Origin: Candidatus Geohabitans tengchongensis
GTDB lineage: Bacteria > Sysuimicrobiota > Sysuimicrobiia > Sysuimicrobiales > Humicultoraceae
Reading direction: 5' to 3'
Length of the DNA: 64,000 bases
Assembly (NCBI GenBank): GCA_031459625.1
Contig: JAVKIH010000008.1
Location: 26,030-90,029 of the forward strand
A model generated the notes under the pieces. The model saw only the letters and a list, made by a program, of their open reading frames with translations. It had not been told where the DNA came from and searched no databases. Numbering within the stretch: position 1 is the first letter of the stretch; each line of letters begins with the position of its first letter. The position numbers and the translations under genes were made by a program. Positions 1-9,395 of the stretch are shown piece after piece.

Positions 1-188
1 AGGAGGGGCGGCGCTTCTACCGGTTGGCCGCCGCCCACAGCGTGGCGCGCGCGCTGCGGCTGGACCGCGTCCTCGACCGCCTGGCCGAGGAGTTCCCGCT
101 CGTCCGCAAGCCGCTGGCGGTGATGGCGGACCGGTACATGACCTGGACGCGGTTGCGCCTCTTCGAGGGCCCGGCCGCCGCGCAGTAG
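1..188 (+). CDS. 3' end of a hypothetical protein (partial)
   Basis: Open frame from the window edge, EGRRFYRLAAAHSVARALRLDRVLDRLAEEFPLVRKPL..., to TAG at 186-188; GC3-rich codons. Confidence 0.6.
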   Translation, partial: EGRRFYRLAAAHSVARALRLDRVLDRLAEEFPLVRKPLAVMADRYMTWTRLRLFEGPAAAQ

Positions 189-211
189 CGCTGGCCCGCC
201 CCGGTCGCGGC

Positions 212-1588
212 GTGGCGTCGGCCCGACCCGCCCGCCCCCCGGCCCCGGGCGAGGAGGTGGTGGTGCGGGTCGACCGCCTCGCCTACGGCGGCGCCGGGGT
301 GGGGCGGCTGGACGGCTTCGTTGTCTTCGTCGAGGGGGCCGCCCCCGAGGAGACCGTGCGTGCCCGCATCCGCCGCGTGCGCCGCCGCCACGCCGAGGCC
401 GTGGTGGCGGCGGTGGAAGCGGCCTCCCCGGTGCGGGTCGAGCCGCGCTGCCCCCACGTCCGGGACGACTGCGGCGGGTGTCGCTGGCAGCACGTGGCCT
501 ATCCCGCCCAGGCGCAGGCCAAGGCGGCCATCGTGCGCGAGTCGCTGGCCCACCTGGGCGGCTTCGGCGACGTCCCCCTGGCGCCGATCCTCACCCCGCC
601 CGAGCCCTGGTACTACCGCAACAAGATGGAGTTCAGCTTCCATCCGGACGGCGTCCTCGGCCTCCACCGGCACGGGGCCTGGGACCGCATCGTCGCCCTG
701 CAGACCTGCTTCCTCCAGTCCCCGCGCGCCGTCGCCCTGGTGCACGCCGCCCGGGCCTTCGCGCTGGAGCACGGGCTGAGCCTGTACGACCCGCGCACGC
801 GTCAGGGGTTCCTGCGCCGGCTGGTGGTCCGGGAGGGGCGGCAGACCGGGGAGACCATGGTGGTGCTGGTCACGCGCAGCGGCCCCTTCCCGCAGGCGCA
901 GGCCTTCGCCGAGCGGATGGCGGTCACGGACCCCAGCGTCGTCAGCGTCGTGCGGGGGACGAGCGACGCCCCCTCCGACGGCGCCCCCCTCGAGGCGGTA
1001 GAAGTCCTGCACGGCCGCGAGGCCATCGCCGAACGGGTGGGGGAGCTCACCTTCCGCATCGGTCCGGAGACCTTCTTTCAGACCAGCACGTGGGGGGCGG
1101 AGCGGCTCACCGAGCTGGTCCTGCGCTTCGCCGAGCCGGCGCGGGGCGGCCTGGTCTTCGACCTGTACTGCGGGGTGGGCACCTTCACGCTGGCGCTGGC
1201 GCGCCTGGCCCGGCACGCGGCGGGGGTGGAGGTGGCCGCCGCGGCGGTGGCGGCGGCCCGCCAGAACGCGGCCCACAACGGCATCGGCAACGCCACCTTC
1301 CACGCCGGGGACGTGCGCCTGGTCCTGCCGGCCCTGCTGGAGCAGTTCGGCACGCCCCAGGTCATCGTGCTCGACCCCCCGCGGGCGGGGGCCGGCGCCA
1401 GGGTGATGCGCAAGATCGGCCGGGCAGGAGCGTCGCGCGTTGTCTACGTCTCCTGCAACCCCACCACGCTCGCCCCCGACCTGCGGGAACTGGCCGCCTT
1501 CGGCTACCGCATCGCCGCCGTCCAGCCGGTCGACCTCTTCCCGCAGACCTACCACGTGGAGACGGTCGTCGCCCTCGACCGCACCTGA
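212..1588 (+). CDS. rlmD: 23S rRNA (uracil-1939-C5)-methyltransferase
   Basis: N-terminal TRAM domain, CPH..CGGC Fe-S motif, FFQ, DLYCGVG, LDPPRAG, YVSCNP, DLFPQTYHVE. Confidence 0.93.
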   Translation: MASARPARPPAPGEEVVVRVDRLAYGGAGVGRLDGFVVFVEGAAPEETVRARIRRVRRRHAEAVVAAVEAASPVRVEPRCPHVRDDCGGCRWQHVAYPAQAQAKAAIVRESLAHLGGFGDVPLAPILTPPEPWYYRNKMEFSFHPDGVLGLHRHGAWDRIVALQTCFLQSPRAVALVHAARAFALEHGLSLYDPRTRQGFLRRLVVREGRQTGETMVVLVTRSGPFPQAQAFAERMAVTDPSVVSVVRGTSDAPSDGAPLEAVEVLHGREAIAERVGELTFRIGPETFFQTSTWGAERLTELVLRFAEPARGGLVFDLYCGVGTFTLALARLARHAAGVEVAAAAVAAARQNAAHNGIGNATFHAGDVRLVLPALLEQFGTPQVIVLDPPRAGAGARVMRKIGRAGASRVVYVSCNPTTLAPDLRELAAFGYRIAAVQPVDLFPQTYHVETVVALDRT

Positions 1589-1598
1589 CCGGCCCACC

Positions 1599-3629
1599 GT
1601 GGCGTCGCGCCTGCGGCTTCCGCTCGCCTGCCTGCTCCTGCTCCAGCTTGTTTCTGCCCCTCCGCCTGCCCGCTCCGGCGCGGCCGCCGGCTCGCAGACG
1701 GATGGAGAGCCCGCCGCCACTTACGCCCGGGGCCTGGAGTCGGCGGCGCGCGGCGAGTGGCAGGTGGCCGTCGCCGCCTTTGACGGGCTCGTGCGCGCGG
1801 GCTCGATGCTGCCCTATGCGCGGTTCCACCGCGGGAGGGCCCGGCTGGCCGTGGGCGACGTCCGCGGTGGAGCGGAGGACCTGGCGGCGGTGGCGCGGGA
1901 CCAGGCTCCTCCTGCGCTCCAACGTCGCGCCCGCCTGCGCCTGGCGGAGGCTCGGCTGCGGCTGGGGCGGACCGCGGAGGCCGCCGCAGGGCTGCGGGCG
2001 GAGGTGGCGCGTCCCGAGTACTACCCGCTCGTCGTCGACACCGCGCTGGCTCGCATGCCGGAGCGGGCTGACCTGGCGGAGGCGTGGTGGCTGCTGGCCC
2101 GGGCCCTCCGGGGGCCGGACCAGCGTGCGGCGGCGCGGGCGGCGATGGTGGCCGGATGGGGGTTCCCCGAGCAGGCCCGCGCCCCTCAGGCCCGCCGGGC
2201 CGCCACTGCCTGGCTCGGGCGTCATCCACGCCCCGCCGACCTGCCCGCGGAGGCGCACCTGGCGCGGGCGGTGTGGCTGTGGGGACGGGGGAGCTTCGCC
2301 GAGGCGCGCACGGCCATCGTCCGTGCCGTGCGCCGCCCGCCCCGCGCGCCGGCCGCAGCGGCCCAGGCGTGGTTCGTCTGGGGCGTGCAGCACCTCGGCG
2401 CGGACCCGCGCGCGGCCGCCGGGGCGATCGCCCGTGCCGTGGCGCTGGCCGGTCGCCTGGGCATGGACCCGGGCACGGCACCCTACTGGCAGGCGCGGGC
2501 GCTGCTGCGCGGCGGCGACGAGGCCGGGGCCGCGCGGGTCGCCGAAGGGCTGCAGCGTCGCGACGCACGCCAGGCCGCGCGCATCGCCCTCGACCTCGCG
2601 CTGGCGGCGGAGCGGCGCGGCGACCTCACCACTGCCGAGCGGTGGCTGCGGGTCGCTGCGCAGGCGCGGGAGGGCCTGAACGCCGAGGAGGCGCGCTGGC
2701 GCCTGGGGTGGGTGGCGTGGCGCGCCGGGCGGTCGGAGGAGGCGCGGGCGCGCTGGGTCCAGGCCGCGCAGACCGAGCCGCGCGTGGCCCGCGCGGCGGC
2801 CGCGCTCTACTGGGCGGCGCGGGCCACACCCGACCGCAGCGAACGCCTCCGGCTCCTCCAATCCGCCGCGCAATCCCCTCCCTGGAGCCTCTACGCGGCG
2901 CTGGCCAGGGAGCGTCTGGGACTGGGGACGACGCTGGTGCCGCCGGGCGCGCTGTCCGACAGCTCCTCCAGCCCCCCTGCGGGCAGCGCCGCCGAGCGCA
3001 CGGCGCTGGCCCGTGCTCTTCTGGAGGCGCGGGCCTCCGGTGAGGCTGCGGAAGCCGCCGCCTGGGCGGGGGACCGGGTGACGCAGGCCACCGCCCTGCA
3101 CGCCGCCGGCCGTCACCCCGAGGCCATCCGCATCGCCGAGGAGCTCCTCTTCGACGACCTTGCCGCACTCCACCTGGCCTATCCCCGCCTCTTCGCGCAG
3201 GCGGTGGCGGAGGAGGCCCGGCGCGCGGGCCTGCCGGCGGCGCTCCTCTTCGCGCTCGTCCGGGAGGAGAGCCGCTTCGACGCGCAGGCGGTCTCGCCGG
3301 CGGGCGCGGTAGGCCTCACCCAGGTCACGCCGGGCACGGCGGCAGGTCTGGCCGGCCGTCCGCTCCCGGTGGACGAGCTGCTGCGCCCGGCGGTGAACCT
3401 GCGCCTGGGCGCCACCTACCTGGCCCGCCAGCTCCGCCGCTTCCGCGGGAACGAGGTGCTGGCGCTCATCGCCTACAACGCGGGGCCGGGGGTGGCGGCA
3501 CGCCTGGCCCGCACCCTCCCGCTGGACGACCTCCCCGCCGCGCTCGAGACCATCCCCATCCGGGAGACCCGCGGGTACGTCTACCGGGTCTTGCAGGGCC
3601 GGCGGATCTACGCCGCCCTGGGGCGCTGA
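1599..3629 (+). CDS. Soluble lytic transglycosylase (Slt70-like, helical repeats plus SLT domain)
   Basis: Signal-peptide-like N-terminus; REESRF, AVGLTQV, AYNAG, ETRGYV motifs; start inferred at GTG 1599. Confidence 0.88.
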   Translation: MASRLRLPLACLLLLQLVSAPPPARSGAAAGSQTDGEPAATYARGLESAARGEWQVAVAAFDGLVRAGSMLPYARFHRGRARLAVGDVRGGAEDLAAVARDQAPPALQRRARLRLAEARLRLGRTAEAAAGLRAEVARPEYYPLVVDTALARMPERADLAEAWWLLARALRGPDQRAAARAAMVAGWGFPEQARAPQARRAATAWLGRHPRPADLPAEAHLARAVWLWGRGSFAEARTAIVRAVRRPPRAPAAAAQAWFVWGVQHLGADPRAAAGAIARAVALAGRLGMDPGTAPYWQARALLRGGDEAGAARVAEGLQRRDARQAARIALDLALAAERRGDLTTAERWLRVAAQAREGLNAEEARWRLGWVAWRAGRSEEARARWVQAAQTEPRVARAAAALYWAARATPDRSERLRLLQSAAQSPPWSLYAALARERLGLGTTLVPPGALSDSSSSPPAGSAAERTALARALLEARASGEAAEAAAWAGDRVTQATALHAAGRHPEAIRIAEELLFDDLAALHLAYPRLFAQAVAEEARRAGLPAALLFALVREESRFDAQAVSPAGAVGLTQVTPGTAAGLAGRPLPVDELLRPAVNLRLGATYLARQLRRFRGNEVLALIAYNAGPGVAARLARTLPLDDLPAALETIPIRETRGYVYRVLQGRRIYAALGR

Positions 3630-3753
3630 CGCTCCTGGAACCCTGACGCCCCTGGAGCGCTAACGCCCTGGCGCGGTGACGCGCCCAGGAGCGCCCGACG
3701 GGCCCCGGAGCGCCGACGGGCCCCGGAAAGCGCGGACGCCGCCCGGACCTGGA
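3614..3753 (+). repeat. Degenerate tandem array of about 8 units of 16-20 bp, derived from the transglycosylase 3' end
   Basis: cgccctggggcgctga / cgctcctggaaccctga / cgcccctggagcgctaa / cgccctggcgcggtga / cgcgcccaggagcgcccga / cgggccccggagcgccga / cgggccccggaaagcgcgga / cgccgcccggacctgga. Confidence 0.65.
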
Positions 3754-3899
3754 CGCGGTGTGACCTCCAGGCGCTAGAATGCCCGAGGCGGCCCGTTCCG
3801 GCCTCGTCCAGGGTGGTGGCGGTTGCCGTGCGCGCCGCCACCGCGGGTCGGGACGCCCACATCCGCCGGACACACCCGATCCCGGCACCGGAAGGAGGG

Positions 3900-4487
3900 A
3901 TGCCCGTGGCCTCGATGTCCGTCCTGGAGGCGATCCGCACCCGCCGCAGCATCGCCCGGCTGCGCCCCGACCCCGTCCCCCGCGAGGTGGTAGAGCGGGC
4001 GCTGGACGCCGCGGTGTGGGTGCCGAACCACCGCCTCACCGAGCCCTGGCAATTCTTCGTCCTGCAGGGCGCGGCCAAGCGCCGCTTCGCGGAGATCCGC
4101 CGCGACTTCCGGCGCGCCTCCCTGCCCAACCCCGACGCCCCGGAGGCCCAGCCGGCGCTGGAGAAGCTCTACGCGGACACGCTGGCCACCCCGCTCGTGA
4201 TCGTCGTCACCGCGCACGTGGCCGAAGACCCCGAGGTGCGCGAGGAGGACTTCTGGGCCACCTTCGCGGCGACGTACGCGCTGATGCTGGGGCTGTGGAG
4301 CGAGGGCGTGGGCAGCTACTTCCGGACGGGGCCGCTGCGCGACTACCCGCCGCTGCGGGAGCTGCTGGGCCTGCCGGCGGACCGGCGCATCACCGGCGTG
4401 CTCTACGTCGGCTACCCCGCCGACGTCCCGCAGAAGCGGCGCACGCCGGCGACGGAGAAGACGGTCTGGCTCGACGGCCAGGGGTAG
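3900..4487 (+). CDS. Nitroreductase family protein (YdjA/YfhC-like)
   Basis: AIRTRRSI, PNHRLTEPWQF, GVLYVGYP motifs; GAAGGAGG RBS before ATG 3900. Confidence 0.85.
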   Translation: MPVASMSVLEAIRTRRSIARLRPDPVPREVVERALDAAVWVPNHRLTEPWQFFVLQGAAKRRFAEIRRDFRRASLPNPDAPEAQPALEKLYADTLATPLVIVVTAHVAEDPEVREEDFWATFAATYALMLGLWSEGVGSYFRTGPLRDYPPLRELLGLPADRRITGVLYVGYPADVPQKRRTPATEKTVWLDGQG

Positions 4488-4606
4488 GAGACCACCCGCC
4501 ACCAGGCGGCCGGCAGGGGCGCCTGGCGGACCCGCCGAATGTCGCGAACGGTCCCGTCGGGGCCGGACGTCGCAGCCGCCCGGCAGTGGGGCCAGGGAGG
4601 GTGCGC

Positions 4607-5035
4607 GTGAGCGACACGGCCGCCTACGTGGCGTCGCTGCGGAAGGTCCCGCTCTTCGCCGGGCTCACCGCGGAGGAGCTGAGCCTCATCGCCCGCTCGG
4701 TGAAGGAGCGGGTCTACGAGCCCGGGGCCGTCATCGTCCGCCAGGGGGACCCGGGGGTGGGGTTCTACCTCATCGTCGACGGGCGGGTCGAGGTCACCCA
4801 CGACGGCCACCGCATCCGGGAGCTGGGCCCGGGGGAGTTCTTCGGGGAGATGGCCCTCATGGAGGAGCGCGCCCGCACGGCCACGGTCACGGCGCGGGAG
4901 CGCACCCGCTGCCTGCAGCTGGTCCGCTGGGACTTCCGCGCTCTGCTGAAGGAGCACCCCGACCTGGCGGTGCGCCTGCTGGAAGTGGTGGTCCGGCGCC
5001 TCCGGGAGCACCCCCTCTCGCGCGAGCAGGAGTAG
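4607..5035 (+). CDS. Stand-alone cyclic-nucleotide-binding domain protein
   Basis: LRKVPLFAGL, IVRQGDPG, GEFFGEMAL..RTATV; GGGAGG RBS; no HTH domain. Confidence 0.85.
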   Translation: MSDTAAYVASLRKVPLFAGLTAEELSLIARSVKERVYEPGAVIVRQGDPGVGFYLIVDGRVEVTHDGHRIRELGPGEFFGEMALMEERARTATVTARERTRCLQLVRWDFRALLKEHPDLAVRLLEVVVRRLREHPLSREQE

Positions 5036-5084
5036 CCCCGCCGACCCGCGCCCTCACGCCACGTCGGGTCGGCTCACGCACCAT

Positions 5085-5148
5085 TTGACGAGCTCCGCGC
5101 GGTTCGCTACCATACTCCAAATTCAGAATCCTCTTCCGCCATGCGAAA
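5085..5148 (+). promoter_or_regulatory. Sigma70-type promoter and putative IclR operator
   Basis: TTGACG (5085) -17 bp- TACCAT (5108); imperfect palindrome TTCCGCCATGCGAAA (5134-5148) covering the iclR start. Confidence 0.6.
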
Positions 5149-5992
5149 TGGACACCCGGCCCCGCGACTGAACGGCGCTCGCGCCCTGGAGAAGGGCGTG
5201 CGCCTCCTCCTGCTCCTGGCGTCCCGCGACGGCCCGCAGCCCCTCTCCGCGCTGGCCCTCCGCGGCGGGCTCCCGCCCAGTACGGCCCACCGCCTGCTGG
5301 CCACCCTGGTCCGCCTGGGCGTCGTGGAGCAGGAGCCGGAGACGCGGCGCTACCGGATCGGTCCGCGCACGGTGGCCTTCGCCGCCGACGTCCTGCAGCA
5401 GACCGACCTGACGCGGGAGGCGGCGCCGGTCCTCCACGCGTACGTGCGGGAGACCGGCGAGGCGATCTCCCTGGCCACCCTGCAGGAGGGCGAGGTGGTG
5501 CTCCTGGAGCAGGTCCGCGGCGTGGACGCCCCGCGCCTCTTCCTGCACATCGGCCGCCGGGCCCCGCTCCACAGCACGGCGCTCGGCAAGGTGCTGGCCG
5601 CCGGCCTGCCCGACGAGGAGGTGCGGCGGCTCCTCGGTCAGCGCGGGATGGCCCGGCTGACCCCGCGCACGATCACCTCGCCGCGGCGCTTCCTGGAGCA
5701 CCTGGCAGAGGTGCGCCACCTCGGCTACGCCCTCGACGACGAGGAGACGGTGCAGGGCGCCCGCTGCCTGGCCGTCCCCGTCCGCGACCACCGCGGGCGC
5801 GTCGTGGCCGCACTCAGCAGTTCCGGGTCGACCGGCGCCTGGAGCGCCGGGCACATGGCCGCCGTGCGCGAGGCCCTGGTACGCGCCGGCAGCCGCCTGT
5901 CCGCGCGGCTCGGCTATCGCCCTGACGGCGTCGCCGCCGCGGGCGCGCGCGTGCCGGCCGGACCGCCGGGCCCGGGAAGGGAGGGACGATAG
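5141..5992 (+). CDS. IclR family transcriptional regulator
   Basis: N-terminal HTH (LPPSTAHRLLATL); PLHSTALGKVL and GYALDDEE..GARCLAVPV. Confidence 0.92.
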   Translation: MRNGHPAPRLNGARALEKGVRLLLLLASRDGPQPLSALALRGGLPPSTAHRLLATLVRLGVVEQEPETRRYRIGPRTVAFAADVLQQTDLTREAAPVLHAYVRETGEAISLATLQEGEVVLLEQVRGVDAPRLFLHIGRRAPLHSTALGKVLAAGLPDEEVRRLLGQRGMARLTPRTITSPRRFLEHLAEVRHLGYALDDEETVQGARCLAVPVRDHRGRVVAALSSSGSTGAWSAGHMAAVREALVRAGSRLSARLGYRPDGVAAAGARVPAGPPGPGREGR

Positions 5993-7066
5993 ATGGCTCG
6001 AGTCACATCCACCACCCTCTGGCGGGGAGCCGCCCTGTGCCTGGTCGGCGTCCTCCTCCTCGGCCTGCTGGTCCTGCCGGCGGCGGTCGCGGCGCCCCGC
6101 GTGCGGCTCACGATGTTCATCTGGGCCGGCGCCAACCAGGGCGTGGTCCCCCGCGAGGTGGTCGCCCGCTACGTGCGGACCCACCCGCACGTCGAGGTGG
6201 AGTTCTGGGAGTCCAACAACACGGTGACCTACCCGCGCATGGTGGCGGCCAAGCAGGCCAACCCCAACAACCCGCTGATCCACTTCGGCTACTTCAACGT
6301 CGACGCCAGCAGCCGCGGGGACGTGGACGACATGTGGCTGCCGCTCGACCCGGCGCGCATCCCCAACATGCGGGCGGTGCACGCCAGCCTGCGGCGCCCC
6401 GGGAACCGGGGCATCGGCTACGGGATCAGCGCCCTCGGGCTGATGTACAACAAGGACCTGGTCAAGGACCCGCCCGACTCGTGGACCGCCCTGTGGGACC
6501 CGAAGTGGCGGGGCAAGGTCACCTTCTTCGACAACAACTTCTTCCCCCTGGTGCTGGCGGCGCGGCTCAACGGCGGCTCCGAGCGGAACATCGACCCCGG
6601 GTTCCGGATCTGGGCCGAGAACGCCAAGAACATCCGTGCCCTGGTGACCAGCAACGACCAGCTGAAGAACATGCTGGTGAGCGGCGAGGCCCTCCTGGCC
6701 CCCTGGTTCACCAGCATCTGGGCCTTCTGGGCGGCGGAGGGGGCCCCCCTCGGCTTCGTCAACCCCAAGGAGGGTGTGATCGCCTTCCCCATCTACCTCC
6801 AGATCGTCAAGGGCAGCACCCCCGAGCAGGTGCGGGTGGCCGAGGAGATCATCAACGAGCTGCTCGCCACCGAGAACAACGCCCGCTACGCCCGGCTGAC
6901 CTACAGCATCCCGGCGATCCCCGGGGCGCCGCTGTCGCCGACCGTGGAGAAGATCCTCAACCCCCGCCTGCTCGACACGGCCATCTGGCTCGACTGGGCG
7001 ACCATGGCGCAGCAGGCCAGCGTGTGGCGGCAGCGCTGGGAGCGCGAGGTGAAGTCCCGGCTGTAG
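5993..7066 (+). CDS. ABC transporter substrate-binding protein (PotD/PotF-like)
   Basis: Signal peptide; GLMYNKDLV..PPDSWTALWDPKWRGKV; PKEG motif. Confidence 0.85.
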   Translation: MARVTSTTLWRGAALCLVGVLLLGLLVLPAAVAAPRVRLTMFIWAGANQGVVPREVVARYVRTHPHVEVEFWESNNTVTYPRMVAAKQANPNNPLIHFGYFNVDASSRGDVDDMWLPLDPARIPNMRAVHASLRRPGNRGIGYGISALGLMYNKDLVKDPPDSWTALWDPKWRGKVTFFDNNFFPLVLAARLNGGSERNIDPGFRIWAENAKNIRALVTSNDQLKNMLVSGEALLAPWFTSIWAFWAAEGAPLGFVNPKEGVIAFPIYLQIVKGSTPEQVRVAEEIINELLATENNARYARLTYSIPAIPGAPLSPTVEKILNPRLLDTAIWLDWATMAQQASVWRQRWEREVKSRL

Positions 7067-7076
7067 GCCGGCGGAG

Positions 7077-7148
7077 GCAGGGCGCCGCGCCCGGGGGCGC
7101 GGTGGGGAAGCAGAGCGCCGCGCCCCCGGGGGCGCGGCGGGGAGGCAG
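7077..7148 (+). repeat. Two tandem GC-rich palindromic units between the binding-protein and ATPase genes
   Basis: gcgccgcgcccgggggcgcggtggggaagcag / gcgccgcgcccccgggggcgcggcggggaggcag; each can form a hairpin. Confidence 0.65.
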
Positions 7149-7150
7149 GC

Positions 7151-8350
7151 GTGGACGCACAGGGAGCGGGAGTCCCGGCCGTCGAGGTGCGGGGGGTCAC
7201 CAAGCGCTTCGGCGCCCTGGTGGCCGTGTGCGAGGTCTCGTTCGCCGTGGCCGAGGGGGAGTTCTTCTCCCTGCTGGGGCCCTCCGGGTGCGGCAAGACG
7301 ACCACCCTGCGCCTCATCGGCGGGTTCGAGCTGCCCGACGCCGGCGAGGTCTGCATCGGCGGCCGGCCCATGGGCCGGACCCCGCCCAACCGCCGGGAGA
7401 CGAACATGGTCTTCCAGCGCCTGGCCCTCTTCCCCCACTACACGGTCTACGAGAACGTCGCCTTTGGCCTGCGGATGCGGCGGGTCCCCGAGCGGGAGGT
7501 GCGGCGGCGGGTGGGCGAGGCGCTGGAGCTCGTGCGCCTGGAGGGGCTGGGGCCCCGCCGGGTGACGGAGCTCTCCGGCGGCCAGCAGCAGCGCGTGGCG
7601 CTGGCCCGCGCCCTCGTGACCCGCCCGCGCGTCCTCCTGCTGGACGAACCCCTCAGCTCGCTCGACCTCAAGCTGCGCCTGCAGATGCAGGAGGAGCTCA
7701 AGCGCCTGCAGCGCGAGGTGGGCACGACGTTCATCTACGTCACCCACGACCAGGGCGAGGCGCTGGCGATGAGCGACCGCGTCGGGGTCATGGCCGGCGG
7801 TCGCCTCTACCAGGTGGGCGACCCCCTGGAGATCTACGAGCGCCCCCGCACGCGCTTCGTCGCCGGCTTCATCGGGGATGCCAACCTCCTGGACGGTGTC
7901 GTGGAGGCGCTGGGGCCGACGTGGGTGACGCTGCGCGTCGACGGGGTGCGCGTCCAGGGACGCCGCGGCGGGTGGGAGGCGGTGGGGCGACGGGCGACGC
8001 TGTGCCTGCGCCCCGAGCGCGTGCGGGTGGAGTCGCGGCCGCCGGTCGGCGGTGGCGCGCTGCGCGGCCGCGTGGAGGACCGGGCGTTCAGCGGGCACGT
8101 CGTGCGGTACCGGCTGCACGTCGGGCCGCTGCGGCTGCAGGCGACCCTGCCCTACGTGGCCGGGATGCCGCTCCACGCCCCCGGCGACGAGGTGTGGGCC
8201 ACGTGGGACCCGGCGCAGGCGGTGACGGTGCCGCCCGACGATGAGGCGGGGGCGACGGTGGAGGCAGCAGGCCGGGTGCCCGGGCGCGCGGCCGCCCTGA
8301 CCCGGTCCGAGGTCGCGGTGCCCGCCGCCCTGAGGGAGGGAAGGGGATGA
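7151..8350 (+). CDS. ABC transporter ATP-binding protein (PotA-like, TOBE domain)
   Basis: GPSGCGKTT, LSGGQQQRVALARAL, LLLDEP, VTHDQ. Confidence 0.93.
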   Translation: MDAQGAGVPAVEVRGVTKRFGALVAVCEVSFAVAEGEFFSLLGPSGCGKTTTLRLIGGFELPDAGEVCIGGRPMGRTPPNRRETNMVFQRLALFPHYTVYENVAFGLRMRRVPEREVRRRVGEALELVRLEGLGPRRVTELSGGQQQRVALARALVTRPRVLLLDEPLSSLDLKLRLQMQEELKRLQREVGTTFIYVTHDQGEALAMSDRVGVMAGGRLYQVGDPLEIYERPRTRFVAGFIGDANLLDGVVEALGPTWVTLRVDGVRVQGRRGGWEAVGRRATLCLRPERVRVESRPPVGGGALRGRVEDRAFSGHVVRYRLHVGPLRLQATLPYVAGMPLHAPGDEVWATWDPAQAVTVPPDDEAGATVEAAGRVPGRAAALTRSEVAVPAALREGRG

Positions 8351-9333
8351 GGCGCACGCTGGACGTGGGCGGCGTCGCCGCCCTGCCGGGCACGCGCGCC
8401 CTGGGGGATGTCGTGGCCGGCGAGCTGCCGGACGGCACCCCGGTGCGGTTGCCGCTCCTGGTGCTCAACGGCGCCGACGACGGGCCGATCCTCTGGCTGG
8501 GCGCGGGCCTCCACGGCACGGAGGTCCCGGGCATGGAGGTGATCCGGCGGGTCGTGCGGGAGGCGGTCGACCCCGCCCGGCTGCGGGGCGCGGTCGTGGC
8601 CGCCCCGCTGCTCAACCCCTTCAGCTTCCACCAGCACCAGATGCTCACCCCCCAGGACGGCTACAACCTCAACCGCGTCTTCCCCGGCGACCCCGAGATG
8701 CTCCTCAGCCACCGGCTCGCCGCCCTCATCGCCCGGCTGGCGGCGGGGTGCGACGCCTACCTGGACTTCCACGCCAACCCCACCCCGGCGATGGAGTTCA
8801 GCATCATCCGCCATCCCGGCGACGAGGCGCTCTGGCGGCGCAGCCGCGCCCTGGCGGAGGCGTTCGGGATCACCACCATCGAGATGGCCCCCGTGCACGA
8901 GCGCCACCGCACCGGGACCTTCACCGACATGGTGCAGGGGTGGGGGAAGCCCTGCCTGGTGCTGGAGCTGCTGGCCTGGCGGCGCGTGGACCCGCGCTCG
9001 CTCCAGACCGGCGTGCGCGGCACGCTCAACGTCATGCGCCACCTGGGGATGCTCGACGGCGCGCCGGAGCCGCAGGTGGACGTTCCGGTGATCCCCGGCC
9101 CCCTCTCCCGGATCGAGCTCACCGCCAACCGGGGCGGGCTGGTCCACCCCCTGCGGGACCCGGGGACGGCGGTGCGCGAGGGCGAGGTCATCGGGCTGAT
9201 CCGGAATCCCTGGGGGGACGTGGTGGAGGAGGTTTGCAGCCCGCGGGACGGCTGGATTCTCGCCTGGCCACTGCTGGGGACCCAGGCGGTGGCCACCGGC
9301 GACATCCTCACCTTCATCGCCTTCCGGCCGTGA
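8347..9333 (+). CDS. Succinylglutamate desuccinylase/aspartoacylase (M14) family deacylase
   Basis: HGTE zinc motif, NLNRVFPG, LDFH, C-terminal biotinyl-like domain. Confidence 0.88.
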   Translation: MRRTLDVGGVAALPGTRALGDVVAGELPDGTPVRLPLLVLNGADDGPILWLGAGLHGTEVPGMEVIRRVVREAVDPARLRGAVVAAPLLNPFSFHQHQMLTPQDGYNLNRVFPGDPEMLLSHRLAALIARLAAGCDAYLDFHANPTPAMEFSIIRHPGDEALWRRSRALAEAFGITTIEMAPVHERHRTGTFTDMVQGWGKPCLVLELLAWRRVDPRSLQTGVRGTLNVMRHLGMLDGAPEPQVDVPVIPGPLSRIELTANRGGLVHPLRDPGTAVREGEVIGLIRNPWGDVVEEVCSPRDGWILAWPLLGTQAVATGDILTFIAFRP

Positions 9334-9377
9334 GGGGCTGAGGCGGTCTCCCGGCCGTGAGGGGCTGAGGCGGTGTC
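9324..9377 (+). repeat. 27-bp tandem duplication spanning the deacylase stop codon
   Basis: ccggccgtgaggggctgaggcggtctc / ccggccgtgaggggctgaggcggtgtc. Confidence 0.9.
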
Positions 9378-9395
9378 CGGGGTGGCAGGCGCGCG

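Noticed and set aside
5040..5073. Inverted repeat gccgacccg/cgggtcggc after the cNMP gene as an intrinsic terminator
   Set aside because: Long loop and no U tract; too weak to call.
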